Assembly (NCBI GenBank): GCA_963765495.1 | Contig: CAVXWP010000001.1 | Location: 736,001-800,000, forward strand | Direction of reading: 5' to 3' | Length of the DNA: 64,000 nt | From: Blastocatellia bacterium | Lineage (GTDB): Bacteria; Acidobacteriota; Blastocatellia; UBA7656 | Shown: positions 32,681-42,497 of the stretch, piece after piece | Numbering within the stretch: position 1 is the first letter of the stretch | Layout: each line of letters opens with the position of its first letter | Translations under genes and position numbers: made by a program | The notes under the pieces: generated by a model | Seen by the model: only the letters and a program-made list of their open reading frames with translations | Databases searched by the model: none | Told to the model about the DNA's origin: nothing

Positions 32681-33423
32681 AAGAGATTGGAGGGAGTTTG
32701 AACGAACGCAGGCAAAACGATCAGGCGCGGCGCGAGATGCTTTCGTCTATCAGAGAACATCTCGCGGCGAGTGCCCCACTTGATCGCGCCCGTGATTTCA
32801 CCAGTGATCGAGCCCGTCACGGGCGCGAACAACAACACCAGAATGCGAAACACAAAAGCCCTGCCTCAGTCGTTTCTCACAAGCAAACCGCTTCGCCTGT
32901 CGAGCGTTTCCGGCGGTCTCTCGAAGCTGTCAGCGGGCACTCTTCTGTTGCGCGAAATGAATTGGAAGCGGCCGAAACGATACATGCCATTTTAGAGCAG
33001 GTGAAAGCGCGTCGAGTCGCGATCTCAAATTCACCGCTTGTCGAGCGTGTGATGGAGAGTGTGAGCACAGAGGCCGCGATTCTGAGAAACATTGATGCGT
33101 CTGAGTTGTTTGATTGCGATCTAGGCATAACGGGCGCTCAGTGGGCCGTAGCCGAAACAGGCACGCTGGTTCTGGAATCGGATGCCGAGCGCCATCGCCT
33201 GACCTCGCTCGTCCCACCCGTTCATATCGCGCTCATCGAAGCCGAAACGATTCGCGAGTCCCTGGAAGAGGTGCTCGGGTCGCTCAGTGAGGCTGGCCGG
33301 GATGGCCTGAATCGCGCGGTGACATTTATAACAGGCCCGTCGCGCACCTCGGACATTGAACTGACTCTGGCAATCGGAGTACACGGCCCCGCGGAGGTTT
33401 ACGTAATCATCCTTGAACGCTGA
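32677..33423 (+). CDS. lutC: LUD-domain protein LutC/LldG
   Basis: AETGTLVL, SLVPPVHIA, ITGPSRTSDIELTLAIGVHGP. Confidence 0.9.
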   Translation: MKEIGGSLNERRQNDQARREMLSSIREHLAASAPLDRARDFTSDRARHGREQQHQNAKHKSPASVVSHKQTASPVERFRRSLEAVSGHSSVARNELEAAETIHAILEQVKARRVAISNSPLVERVMESVSTEAAILRNIDASELFDCDLGITGAQWAVAETGTLVLESDAERHRLTSLVPPVHIALIEAETIRESLEEVLGSLSEAGRDGLNRAVTFITGPSRTSDIELTLAIGVHGPAEVYVIILER

Positions 33424-33634
33424 CAGAGAGCGCGTGACTGAGATTGAAATCACAAATCTCCATTCACAAATCTCAAATCACACAGGTATTCTTCGGATTG
33501 CGCGGATATTTTCTCTGTACGGCTTTCCCGTAAATAGTGCTATACTTGGCCAATTCCGGCCCGCGCCCCTGTGATTTCTCAGGTATTACCAGGTGTCGGG
33601 CAGGGCATATCAAGCGAGGACAGAGATCAAGTTT

Positions 33635-35863
33635 ATGGGCGTTCGCGGAGAGATTCATTTTCTAAACGAAGATGCAGGTGATGTCTTCACGGTTGAAACC
33701 CCACGATTCACAATCGGACGCGGGATTGAAAACTCGCTCTGTCTGCCCGATCCAAGCGTCTCTCGCTTTCACGCAGAGATCATACGTCTCGGCAAAGATT
33801 TTCTCCTCAGAGACCTCGGCTCCACAAACGGCAGTTATGTCAACGGTGTTCGCGTTGCCGAGCAAATGCTCAACGACGGCGACCTTGTTTTGTGCGGCGA
33901 GTTCGGCCCCCGATTGCTTTTCAAGCAGATTGAAGATTCACAGGAGATCCTCGCGCAAAAGCGGCCTCGCTGGGGCAGGACCGAAAACCTTATAAAATCG
34001 CTCTCACACAAGCTCGACGATCTGACAACGGATGAGCGCGAAGAGGTGAGCCTTCGCTGCGTGCTGGCCGAAGCCTACATCAACAAGGGCAAGCACGAAG
34101 ACGCATTCGATATGCTCTCGAAATATGTGGCCCCGGTCAGGTTGCTTTCGCTGTCGCCGGAATTTCGCGCCTCGGTCCTTTACTGGGTGGGCTCCGTCTA
34201 CATCGAGAGAAAGCAGTACGCAAGCGCCATAGACGCCTTGCATCGCAGTCTCGATTATTACACACAGGTTGGAGACAGCACCGGGATAGCCGGCGCGCAT
34301 ACTTCGCTCGGTCGCGCCCTGAGCAGCACGGGAGATTTGCTTGCGGCCCGCGACTCTCTGCACAGGGCTATGCTTGTCGCGCGGCGTGCCGGAAACGCGC
34401 GGCTTCGCGCCGAGGTCCATCTGCTCGTAGGAAAGCTGGATTGGAAGGAAGGCGATCTGGAGGGCGCGCGCTATAACTGGATGCGTGCCGCGCGTCTGGC
34501 CGAAGGCTCAAGCGATGCGCTGTTGCAGGCGCGCGCGCAGCTTCAGCAGGCGTTCGTGCTCTACAGTGAAGGCAAGCTCAAAGAGGCCGTGCCCGCTTAT
34601 CAGGCGGCTATAGATCAGATCGAGGCGGTCGAAAACGTGCGCTTTTTGCTGAAAGCCTACAGCAGCCTGTCTCGCGTGCTGACGCATCTCGGGTCCTGGA
34701 TTGCGACCGAGCGCCTTTTGGAAGACCGTATGCGCCTTGCGCGCGAAAATTCTATCAGTAAGGCCGAAGCCATAGCGCTCACCGACCTTGCAGAGTTGAG
34801 ACTGAGGCAGGGAAATTTCATCGCCGCCTGGAATGTGATTCACGAAGCGATAGAGCGTCACGGCCCGGTTGTTTATGCGCGCACGCAGAGAATACTGGGG
34901 CGCATACTCTGGGTGCGCAAACGCCATCTGGAAGCCGTCGAGGCGCTCGAAAAAGGGCTTGCCTCGGCATCGAAAAAAGGCTCGCTCGAAGAACAGATTC
35001 TGATAGGGCTCGAGCTTGCATTGATCTACCTGGAGAGCGGCGACACGGCGCGCGCATTCGAACATCTGGTCGCGGCCGAATCGGTCACACCGCTCGACCC
35101 GGCTCTCGGTTTAATGGGGCGGGCGCTTTACACGCGCGGGCGCATACAGGCCGAGGCAGATCAAACGGCGGAAGCAAATCGCTGCTTTACGCAGAGCCTC
35201 TCGATACACCAGACGATAGGCGACCCGTTCCGAGCCGCTATGTGCCACGCGGCCATAGGGGCTTTGCGGGCGCGCATGGATCGCCCCGAATCGGCTCGCG
35301 GTCACCTTGAAGAGGCGCATGAAATCTTCACACGCCTCGGAGCCGCCTTCGAGCTTGAACAGGTCGAAGCCGAATTAAGATCGGGCGAACTCGATCTGGT
35401 CGAGGCGAGTATGACCCGCGCGCTTTCGCCCGGTCTGACGATGACCGCGCCCCTGTCGCTTTCAAGTACGACGACCGTGACGATGATAAGCCCCAGCCCG
35501 CATCGTGTACTTGTGGGCGAGGCAAATGATGATCTGGCCGCATTGCTTACAAGAGGGCTTGAAGTCGAGAATTATGTCGTAGAGCGAGCCCGCGATGGGC
35601 GCGAAGCCTTTGAGCAGGCCACTGACCGCAAAGAGTCTTTCGACCTGCTTGTGCTCGATACCTTGCTCGAACACCGCTCAGGCTTCGATGTCTGTTGCGA
35701 GTTGCGAAAGATCAAGCTTGAGATCCCGGTCATTTTGCTGGGGAATCGTCAGGGAGTCGAAGACAAGATCGAGGCGCTACAGGCCGGAGCGGATGATTTC
35801 ATCGCCAAAAAAGATATGGTCTTCGAAGAATTGCTGGCAAAAATAGAAGCACTTTTAAGATAA
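33635..35863 (+). CDS. FHA-TPR-receiver domain signalling protein
   Basis: FHA (IGR...VSRFHA...DLGSTNGSYVNG); many helical TPR-like repeats; C-terminal REC (LLVLD, GADDFIAK). Confidence 0.85.
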   Translation: MGVRGEIHFLNEDAGDVFTVETPRFTIGRGIENSLCLPDPSVSRFHAEIIRLGKDFLLRDLGSTNGSYVNGVRVAEQMLNDGDLVLCGEFGPRLLFKQIEDSQEILAQKRPRWGRTENLIKSLSHKLDDLTTDEREEVSLRCVLAEAYINKGKHEDAFDMLSKYVAPVRLLSLSPEFRASVLYWVGSVYIERKQYASAIDALHRSLDYYTQVGDSTGIAGAHTSLGRALSSTGDLLAARDSLHRAMLVARRAGNARLRAEVHLLVGKLDWKEGDLEGARYNWMRAARLAEGSSDALLQARAQLQQAFVLYSEGKLKEAVPAYQAAIDQIEAVENVRFLLKAYSSLSRVLTHLGSWIATERLLEDRMRLARENSISKAEAIALTDLAELRLRQGNFIAAWNVIHEAIERHGPVVYARTQRILGRILWVRKRHLEAVEALEKGLASASKKGSLEEQILIGLELALIYLESGDTARAFEHLVAAESVTPLDPALGLMGRALYTRGRIQAEADQTAEANRCFTQSLSIHQTIGDPFRAAMCHAAIGALRARMDRPESARGHLEEAHEIFTRLGAAFELEQVEAELRSGELDLVEASMTRALSPGLTMTAPLSLSSTTTVTMISPSPHRVLVGEANDDLAALLTRGLEVENYVVERARDGREAFEQATDRKESFDLLVLDTLLEHRSGFDVCCELRKIKLEIPVILLGNRQGVEDKIEALQAGADDFIAKKDMVFEELLAKIEALLR

Positions 35864-35887
35864 GGTGGCCACCGATCCAATGGAGGA

Positions 35888-37048
35888 ATGGCTGTGCGCG
35901 TGATCATAATAGGAGCCGGGCGGGTTGGATGCGGCGCACTGGGGATGGCGCTGGCCTTGCAGGGGCACGAAGTAGTCTTTGCGGCCCGGCGCGATGACAT
36001 AGTTGATTCGATAGCCCGGTTTGGTTATGACATCGTGACCAAGGGCGATGTAGAGGCTCGCGTTCAGGTGCGCGGAGTGCGCGCCGTAAATTTCAATCGG
36101 CCTGAATTTGCCTCTGAAATAGCCCTTGCCGATCAGGTCTATACCTGTGTGCGACCGGATAATCTTCCAACGGTCGCCCCCGTGCTTGCCGAAGCGATTC
36201 TTCACAGAATCAGATCCGACATAAGACGCACGCTTGATGTCTTTTGCTGCGAGAACCTGAAGAACGCCGGGTCGCAACTCGAACGCCTGACGTTTACATA
36301 CGTGCCTTTTGCTTATGCGCAGCAGGTACAGAGCCTCATCGCCTTTAATGCGGCGGTCTCAGACCGCGTAGTCTCCGGGCAAGAGATGGACCCGGAGGGC
36401 CGACTCGTCTTTACATCGGACGCGAAAGGCGATGTGTTGTTTGATGTCTTGCAGATAAAAGGCGATTTCGAAATATTGCCGCCCTTCAAGGGTCTCGAGA
36501 ACTTTCCCGCCTGCATAGAAGAGAAGCTCTATATCCTCAATTGCGGTCATGCCGCCTGCGCCTATCTGGGTTACAAACGCGGCTATACATACATTCACGA
36601 AGCGATGGCCGACGAAGCGATCAATCGGTGCGTGGTCGGGGCTATGCTTGAAGCGCAGCGGGCGCTTCATCTCAAACACGGGCACACGCTCCATTACGGC
36701 GGATTCATAAACGAGATACTCGCAAGCTTTTCAAACGCCGCGCTGATGGATACGATTGCGCGCGTAGGTCGCGACCCCGTCAGAAAACTTCAGGCGGATG
36801 ACCGCCTGATCGGGCCTGCAAAGCTGGCCTTTCGTTACGGCCTGAACCCAACCTATCTCATAAAGGGGGCGGCGGCGGCTCTCTCTTTTACTTATGCCAG
36901 TGACCCGCAGGCGGTCGAGCTTCAGAAGACGATGAGCGGTAGCGGCATCGAACAGACGCTCGACACAATATCTCAACTGCGCCCCTGGAATCCTATATCG
37001 GAACTCATCCGCAAAGAGTTCGAACGAACCACGGCCGCCGCCTCTTGA
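35888..37048 (+). CDS. mtlD: Mannitol-1-phosphate 5-dehydrogenase-like protein
   Basis: GAGRVG, CEN, SDRVV, EKLYILNCGH, RVGRDPVRKL...DRLIGP; GGAGG RBS. Confidence 0.8.
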   Translation: MAVRVIIIGAGRVGCGALGMALALQGHEVVFAARRDDIVDSIARFGYDIVTKGDVEARVQVRGVRAVNFNRPEFASEIALADQVYTCVRPDNLPTVAPVLAEAILHRIRSDIRRTLDVFCCENLKNAGSQLERLTFTYVPFAYAQQVQSLIAFNAAVSDRVVSGQEMDPEGRLVFTSDAKGDVLFDVLQIKGDFEILPPFKGLENFPACIEEKLYILNCGHAACAYLGYKRGYTYIHEAMADEAINRCVVGAMLEAQRALHLKHGHTLHYGGFINEILASFSNAALMDTIARVGRDPVRKLQADDRLIGPAKLAFRYGLNPTYLIKGAAAALSFTYASDPQAVELQKTMSGSGIEQTLDTISQLRPWNPISELIRKEFERTTAAAS

Positions 37049-37056
37049 AATGAGTG

Positions 37057-37147
37057 GTCGTGATGCGTGATGCGTGATGCGTGACTTTCAAACAGGCAGC
37101 ATGTTTTAGACATATTGCAAGTCCGGTAAATCACGAATCACGCATCA
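37057..37147. repeat. Inverted pair of (GTGATGC)/(GCATCAC) heptamer arrays
   Basis: cgtgatgcgtgatgcgtgatgcgtga ... tcacgaatcacgcatca. Confidence 0.75.
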
Positions 37148-37261
37148 TCCACCGGCCTGTTTTATCCTTAAACACAGGGGCCCTGTTGCTGAGTTGCAAT
37201 GCCACTGTTTGAATCAAATCGGCTCGGATTTTTTGCCTGATTTTTCTGAGAGTAGAGCGGC

Positions 37262-37291
37262 ATAAATTACAATTATTCGCTTGTAATTTAT
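37262..37291. promoter_or_regulatory. AT-rich perfect inverted repeat, candidate operator
   Basis: ATAAATTACAA-N8-TTGTAATTTAT, about 75 bp before the Cys-rich uORF. Confidence 0.5.
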
Positions 37292-37365
37292 CGCGTTGGG
37301 TGTATATTAGACCGAGCGAAGCGACTGGCAGCATTTTTTGAACATACGACTTTTGAAATAGCGTC

Positions 37366-37800
37366 GTGTCGGTTATGAAAATCCGGTTGAGCAAATTTGC
37401 GAAGCTGCGCGCTGTTTGCGTGCTTCTTGCGATGTTGGCGGGCTGGCTATCGCCTTCGATAGCGATTGCCGTCACCTCCCCGGATGTTTGCTCGATGACC
37501 TGCTGTGTCAACGAGGGTTATTGCTGTTGCAGCCCGCGCCACAGATATGTCGAAGGCCAGTTGCCCGGCGAGGGCGAGCATATCAGTGACCAGCAGATTG
37601 CAGCGCCCTGTTCAAAAGGCTGCTCAACGCCGTCGTCTTCATCGAATTCGCTTTTCCGCAATGCCGACCGCACAGCTACCGGCCATTTACTTGCTCTAAC
37701 ATCCGGCTCGATTCATTCCCACACGCCGCTTGCTTACGGAAAGACTTTTGAATCAGGCCGGCCCTCTCCTCGCGCTCCCCCTCGATCCTTAAAACTTTAA
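37366..37800 (+). CDS. Cys-rich exported leader protein with C-terminal RAPP arrest motif (DUF2946/CruR-like)
   Basis: Signal peptide; CSMTCC, YCCC, CSKGC; ends ...RPSPRAPPRSLKL; directly upstream of the TonB-dependent receptor. Confidence 0.75.
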   Translation: MSVMKIRLSKFAKLRAVCVLLAMLAGWLSPSIAIAVTSPDVCSMTCCVNEGYCCCSPRHRYVEGQLPGEGEHISDQQIAAPCSKGCSTPSSSSNSLFRNADRTATGHLLALTSGSIHSHTPLAYGKTFESGRPSPRAPPRSLKL

Positions 37801-38064
37801 TCGCTTAAACATTGAAGGCAGACCGGGCAGTCCGATAAGGCCGATTATTTTATAAGGCCGATTATTTTATTGAGATGCCTTTTATCGAGCTGCCTTGCCG
37901 CGCCTTCCATGCTCAGGTGACGACTGGTTGCAGACTTGCCGTGGTTGGAAAGATGTTTCGCATTCCGGGCTGATTTTAGTCTTTCGACCCGCACTGACAA
38001 CCGGCAAAGGGTCTTTGCCTCCGCTGCCAGTGGACTGCGGGGGCAAAGATCGGGGAGAAGAGAG

Positions 38065-40881
38065 ATGGCTTCAAAGAGCAAGAACCGACTCATTCGCAGT
38101 TTGGTCTTATTCGTTCTTATCAATTTGATCGGTGGAGACGGGTTGCCTGCCTTCGCTCAACAGTCGGTAGCCGCGGCCACGCTCAGCGGTCGGGTTGAAG
38201 ATACGACCGGGGCGGCGCTCACTGCTGCATCGGTTAAGGCTACCAATACTGACAGAAACCAGACCTGGACTACCACAAGCGACGATGAGGGTCGCTACAA
38301 CTTTCTTTATCTGCCCGTAGGCACCTATCGCCTGACGGTCGAGCAAACAGGTTTTGCCCGAATGACCAGAGAGTTTCCGCTTTCGGTCGGGCAATCACTC
38401 AACGTGCCGGTGCGGCTTTCGGCTGCCGGGGTAGATGAGAACATCAGCGTCACAACGGTGCCTGTGATCGAAACGGTCCGCACGCAGATAGCCGAGACGG
38501 TCGTTCCGCGCGAGATAGACTCGTTGCCGCTCAACGGGCGCAACTATCTTGATCTGGCGGCGCTGACGCCGGGCGTAACGCGTGCCAACCCGGTTGCCAA
38601 TCAACGCTTCGCGGAGACTTCCGCGGTGCCCGGGACGCAGATCAACATAGCCGGTCAGCGCAATATCAATAACGGCTTTGTCATTGACGGGCTGTCGGCC
38701 AATGATGACGCGGCCGATCTGCCGGGGACTTTCTTCAGTCAGGAAGTGATACGCGAGTTTCAGGTCATCACCTCGGGCGGCATCGCAGAGTTTGGACGCG
38801 CCTCGGGCGGCATAGTCAACGTAGTGACCCGTTCGGGCGGCAACGACTGGCGCGGGCGCGCATACGGATTCCTGCGCAACCAGCGACTCGATGCGCGCAA
38901 CCCTCTTGCTGCGACAAAGGACCCGCTGACGCAGACGCAATACGGCGCTTCACTGGGAGGTCCGATCAGACGTGACCGCACATTTCTGTTTGGAAATTTC
39001 GAGCAGACGCGGCTGCATAACTCCACCGTTTTGACTATCTCACCCGCCAATGTAGCGGCGCTCAACACGGTGCTCGATGAAATCAACTACACTGGCCCGC
39101 GCCTAAGCACGGGGCTTGCGCCGACCGGCTACAACGCAACGAATATCTTTTTGCGCGGCGATCATCGGATCAATCCGTCGAATCTGCTGACCCTGCGTTA
39201 TAACTTTTACGATATTGAAAGCACGAATGCGCGCAACGTAGGCGGCTTGAACACCGTGAGCCGTGGGACCGCGCTTGACGACCGCGACCAGACGGTGGCC
39301 GTAAGCGAAGTGGCGACTCTTTCACCGAGCCTTGTCAACGAAGCGCGCTTTCAATTTACGCGCAGCCGGCTCGCCGCGCCCCCCAATGATCTGGTCGGTC
39401 CGGCAATCAATATTTCGGGTGTAGCAAATCTCGGAACGGCTACTTTTTCGCCCACGGGACGCGACCTCGACCTGTATGAACTGACCGACACCGTAGCGAC
39501 CGAACGCGGCGCGCACGCGCTGAAAATGGGCGCTGATTTCCTTTACAACCGCGTAAATATAACCTTCCCTGGCGCGTTGCAGGGAGTCTACACATTCTCT
39601 TCGCTCGACAATTTGAAGACCGGGCAGTACTCGACTTATCAGCAGGCATTCGGTGAGCCGACACAGTATCAATCGAATCCGAATACAGGTTTTTTTGCGC
39701 AGGATGAATGGCGCGCGCGGCCCGATCTTACGATCAATTTAGGGCTGCGCTACGATCTGCAATTTCTCCCCGACCCGATCCGTACGGACAGGGATAACAT
39801 CGCTCCGCGCATCGGACTGGCCTATGCGCCCGCAGGCGGCAAGACGGTGATTCGCGCAAGCTACGGTATCTATTACGACCGAATTCCACTGCGCGCGACC
39901 TCGAACGCTTTGCAGCGCGACGGATCGAAATACAGGGTCGCTTTCTTTTCATTTGGTCAGGCGGGCGCGCCGGTCTTCCCAAATGTAGCGGCGGCTTTCC
40001 CGACAAATTTCCTCCCGAGTGTTACGACGATTGACACGGCTATCGAAAACGCCTACTCGCAACAGGCGAGTCTACAGATCGAGCGCGAGTTGACGACGAA
40101 GACCTCGGCTTCGGTCGCCTACCTGCACACGCGGGGCCTGCACCTGATTCTGTCGCGCAACGCAAACGTGCCTGCGCTGTCGGCTGCCGATGCGGCAAGG
40201 CTCGGCATACCAAATCTTGGCCGCCCCAATCCGAACTTCGGCAATATCAGTCGATACGAAGGGTCGGGCGATTCTTATTACAATGCGATGACCGCTTCGC
40301 TGAATCATCGCTTCAGAAGCTGGGCGGGGCTTCGCTTTTCCTACACGCTCTCGAAGGCGATTGACGACACGGGCGGCGCATTCTTCTTCACGCCGCAAAA
40401 CAACTTCGATCTGCGCGATGATCGGGGGCTGTCGGATAATGACCAGAGGCATGTGCTCGCGATAAGCGGCTCGCTTGCGATGCCGGAATTGGAGAGCGAT
40501 GCCTTGTGGCGGCGGGCAGTAAGCGGCTTCCAGTTGAGCTATATCTTCAGATACGGATCGGCGTTGCCCTTCAACATCGTCACAGGCGCTGATCGCAACT
40601 TCGATACTAGCACAAATGATCGCCCGGTCGGAGTGGGGCGCAACACGGGCAAAGGATTCGACTTCAAATCTTTTGACCTGAGATTGAGCCGCCGTATTCG
40701 TTTCACCGAGCAGGCGGGATTGGAGGTGATCGCGGAAGGTTTCAACCTGTTCAATCGCTCAAATTTCCAGTTGCCCAACAACACGTTCGGACAGGGCGTG
40801 ACGCCTTTGCCATCGTTTGGTCGTCCGACGGCGGCGGCCGACCCCCGGCAGGTTCAATTCGGTCTGCGACTCAATTTTTAG
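38065..40881 (+). CDS. TonB-dependent receptor (Oar-like, N-terminal carboxypeptidase-regulatory domain)
   Basis: Signal peptide AFA-Q; LPLNGRNYLDL plug; AEFGRASGGIVN; NLGLRYD; ends RQVQFGLRLNF. Confidence 0.93.
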   Translation: MASKSKNRLIRSLVLFVLINLIGGDGLPAFAQQSVAAATLSGRVEDTTGAALTAASVKATNTDRNQTWTTTSDDEGRYNFLYLPVGTYRLTVEQTGFARMTREFPLSVGQSLNVPVRLSAAGVDENISVTTVPVIETVRTQIAETVVPREIDSLPLNGRNYLDLAALTPGVTRANPVANQRFAETSAVPGTQINIAGQRNINNGFVIDGLSANDDAADLPGTFFSQEVIREFQVITSGGIAEFGRASGGIVNVVTRSGGNDWRGRAYGFLRNQRLDARNPLAATKDPLTQTQYGASLGGPIRRDRTFLFGNFEQTRLHNSTVLTISPANVAALNTVLDEINYTGPRLSTGLAPTGYNATNIFLRGDHRINPSNLLTLRYNFYDIESTNARNVGGLNTVSRGTALDDRDQTVAVSEVATLSPSLVNEARFQFTRSRLAAPPNDLVGPAINISGVANLGTATFSPTGRDLDLYELTDTVATERGAHALKMGADFLYNRVNITFPGALQGVYTFSSLDNLKTGQYSTYQQAFGEPTQYQSNPNTGFFAQDEWRARPDLTINLGLRYDLQFLPDPIRTDRDNIAPRIGLAYAPAGGKTVIRASYGIYYDRIPLRATSNALQRDGSKYRVAFFSFGQAGAPVFPNVAAAFPTNFLPSVTTIDTAIENAYSQQASLQIERELTTKTSASVAYLHTRGLHLILSRNANVPALSAADAARLGIPNLGRPNPNFGNISRYEGSGDSYYNAMTASLNHRFRSWAGLRFSYTLSKAIDDTGGAFFFTPQNNFDLRDDRGLSDNDQRHVLAISGSLAMPELESDALWRRAVSGFQLSYIFRYGSALPFNIVTGADRNFDTSTNDRPVGVGRNTGKGFDFKSFDLRLSRRIRFTEQAGLEVIAEGFNLFNRSNFQLPNNTFGQGVTPLPSFGRPTAAADPRQVQFGLRLNF

Positions 40882-40894
40882 TCGAAGGGCGCTT

Positions 40895-41005
40895 GAGGTT
40901 GATTTGAACGAAAGGCTGATAGTAATAGGCCAGGACGGGCGCGGTTCAGACTCTCTTTGAGTTAATCCGTGTAAATCCGTCCGATTTGCGCCCGTCCTGG
41001 TCTAT
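40895..41005. repeat. Palindromic dispersed repeat (AATAGGCC family)
   Basis: GAGGTTGATTTGAACGAAAGGC, then AATAGGCCAGGACGGGCGC...GCGCCCGTCCTGGTCTAT. Confidence 0.75.
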
Positions 41006-41058
41006 ACCCGTTTCCCCGGTCTACAATTTTAGGGATTGAATTTACGAAAAGAGGAATT

Positions 41059-42264
41059 ATGAAATCGAGAATTATCATAGTCGCTTTCCTGCTGATCGTC
41101 GCTTATCCGGCAGGCGCGCAACATCACGGACACGGCTCGATGGCTGACGGAGAAGGGCAATTCAATCCATTTGTGGCCGCAGATTTGCGCGGCGGGTTTT
41201 ATCTCGCTTATGTCGAACGCAAAGACGGGGCAAGCAATGTCATGTTGCGCCGCTCTTCGGACGGGGTGAGTTTTTCCGCGCCGGTTCGAGTCAATTCGAT
41301 TGACGGGGACGCGACCGTGCGCAATGAAAATCCGCCGAAGGTGATTGCCGATTCAGGCGGAAATGTATACGTCTGCTGGGCCAACGAGCGAGGCAAATGG
41401 AAAGGCAATGTGCGCTTTGCGCGCTCGACTGACGGCGGAAAGAATTTTCTCTCGGCCCTGACGATCAATTCCGACGGCGACGGCGAGCCTGCCGGTCACG
41501 CTTTTCAATCCATTGCCTTAGACAGGCGCGGCCGAATCTATATCGCGTGGATCGACGAACGCAACAAGCAGCCAAAGGATCGCGGCGCACAAATCCGGCT
41601 TTCGGTTTCAACGGATCAAGGCAAGACTTTTTCGTCTGATCGCCCCGTCTTGAGTGATGTGTGCGAATGTTGCCGCACAAGCCTGCAAATTGACGCGGCT
41701 GGAAATCTTTATCTCGCCTATCGCAGGGTGCCGAGCACCGGGCCGATGTGCCGCGACATCGTTCTGGCCCGCTCGGAGGACGGCGGCAAGACTTTTACAG
41801 AGAGCGTGGTCAGTCACGATAACTGGGAAATCGACGGCTGCCCGGTCGCGGGTCCGAGCTTCGGTTTTGACAGAGCGGGCAATATTACGGTGATCTGGTT
41901 CATGGGCGGCGGCGGGCAACCCGGCCTTTACTATGCCACTTCGACCGACAAAGGAAAGACTTTTTCTGTGCGCCGACCGCTTGACTCTTCCGAGCGGATT
42001 GGAAAGCACGCGCAAACGGTCATGCTTTCCGACGGCAGACTCTTTGTCGCGTGGGATTACGCAGCGGACAAAGCTTCGACCGCATGGGGCGTGCTTGATC
42101 CAAAAAGGGGATTGCTCGGAAGAAGCGGCGACGAGACAGGAATCATCTATCCGGTGACGGCTGTCAGCGGCAGGGTCGCAATCGTTGTGGGAATGCGGTT
42201 GGCGACACACGAAATCGCGACCTATGTCGAGGATGTGAAGATTGCTTCCGAGTCCGCGCAATAG
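41059..42264 (+). CDS. Exported BNR/Asp-box (sialidase-fold) beta-propeller with His-rich N-terminus and CECC motif
   Basis: Five SxDxGxxF boxes; QHHGHGSM; VCECCR; IDGCP. Confidence 0.88.
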   Translation: MKSRIIIVAFLLIVAYPAGAQHHGHGSMADGEGQFNPFVAADLRGGFYLAYVERKDGASNVMLRRSSDGVSFSAPVRVNSIDGDATVRNENPPKVIADSGGNVYVCWANERGKWKGNVRFARSTDGGKNFLSALTINSDGDGEPAGHAFQSIALDRRGRIYIAWIDERNKQPKDRGAQIRLSVSTDQGKTFSSDRPVLSDVCECCRTSLQIDAAGNLYLAYRRVPSTGPMCRDIVLARSEDGGKTFTESVVSHDNWEIDGCPVAGPSFGFDRAGNITVIWFMGGGGQPGLYYATSTDKGKTFSVRRPLDSSERIGKHAQTVMLSDGRLFVAWDYAADKASTAWGVLDPKRGLLGRSGDETGIIYPVTAVSGRVAIVVGMRLATHEIATYVEDVKIASESAQ

Positions 42265-42279
42265 GGCACATATAGATTT

Positions 42280-42343
42280 AAGGTTTATTTGGAAGAAAGG
42301 GGAGTTGAAACAGGCCACGAATCCGTCGAATCCGTGGCCTATT
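42280..42343. repeat. Truncated copy of the AATAGGCC palindromic repeat
   Basis: aggtttatttggaagaaagg...AGGCCACGAATCCGTCGAATCCGTGGCCTATT. Confidence 0.65.
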
Positions 42344-42497
42344 TCTATTTCCCGTACTACATTTTGGCAAACCGAATAGCATCAGGCCCCTCAAGCTAAC
42401 CCTGCTCGATAATCTCGCCTGTGCTTTGGTATCCGCGCCGCGAGTGCTATCATAGCACCGCCTGTCAAAGCAGCCTGATCTTTTCAGGAGATAACAC

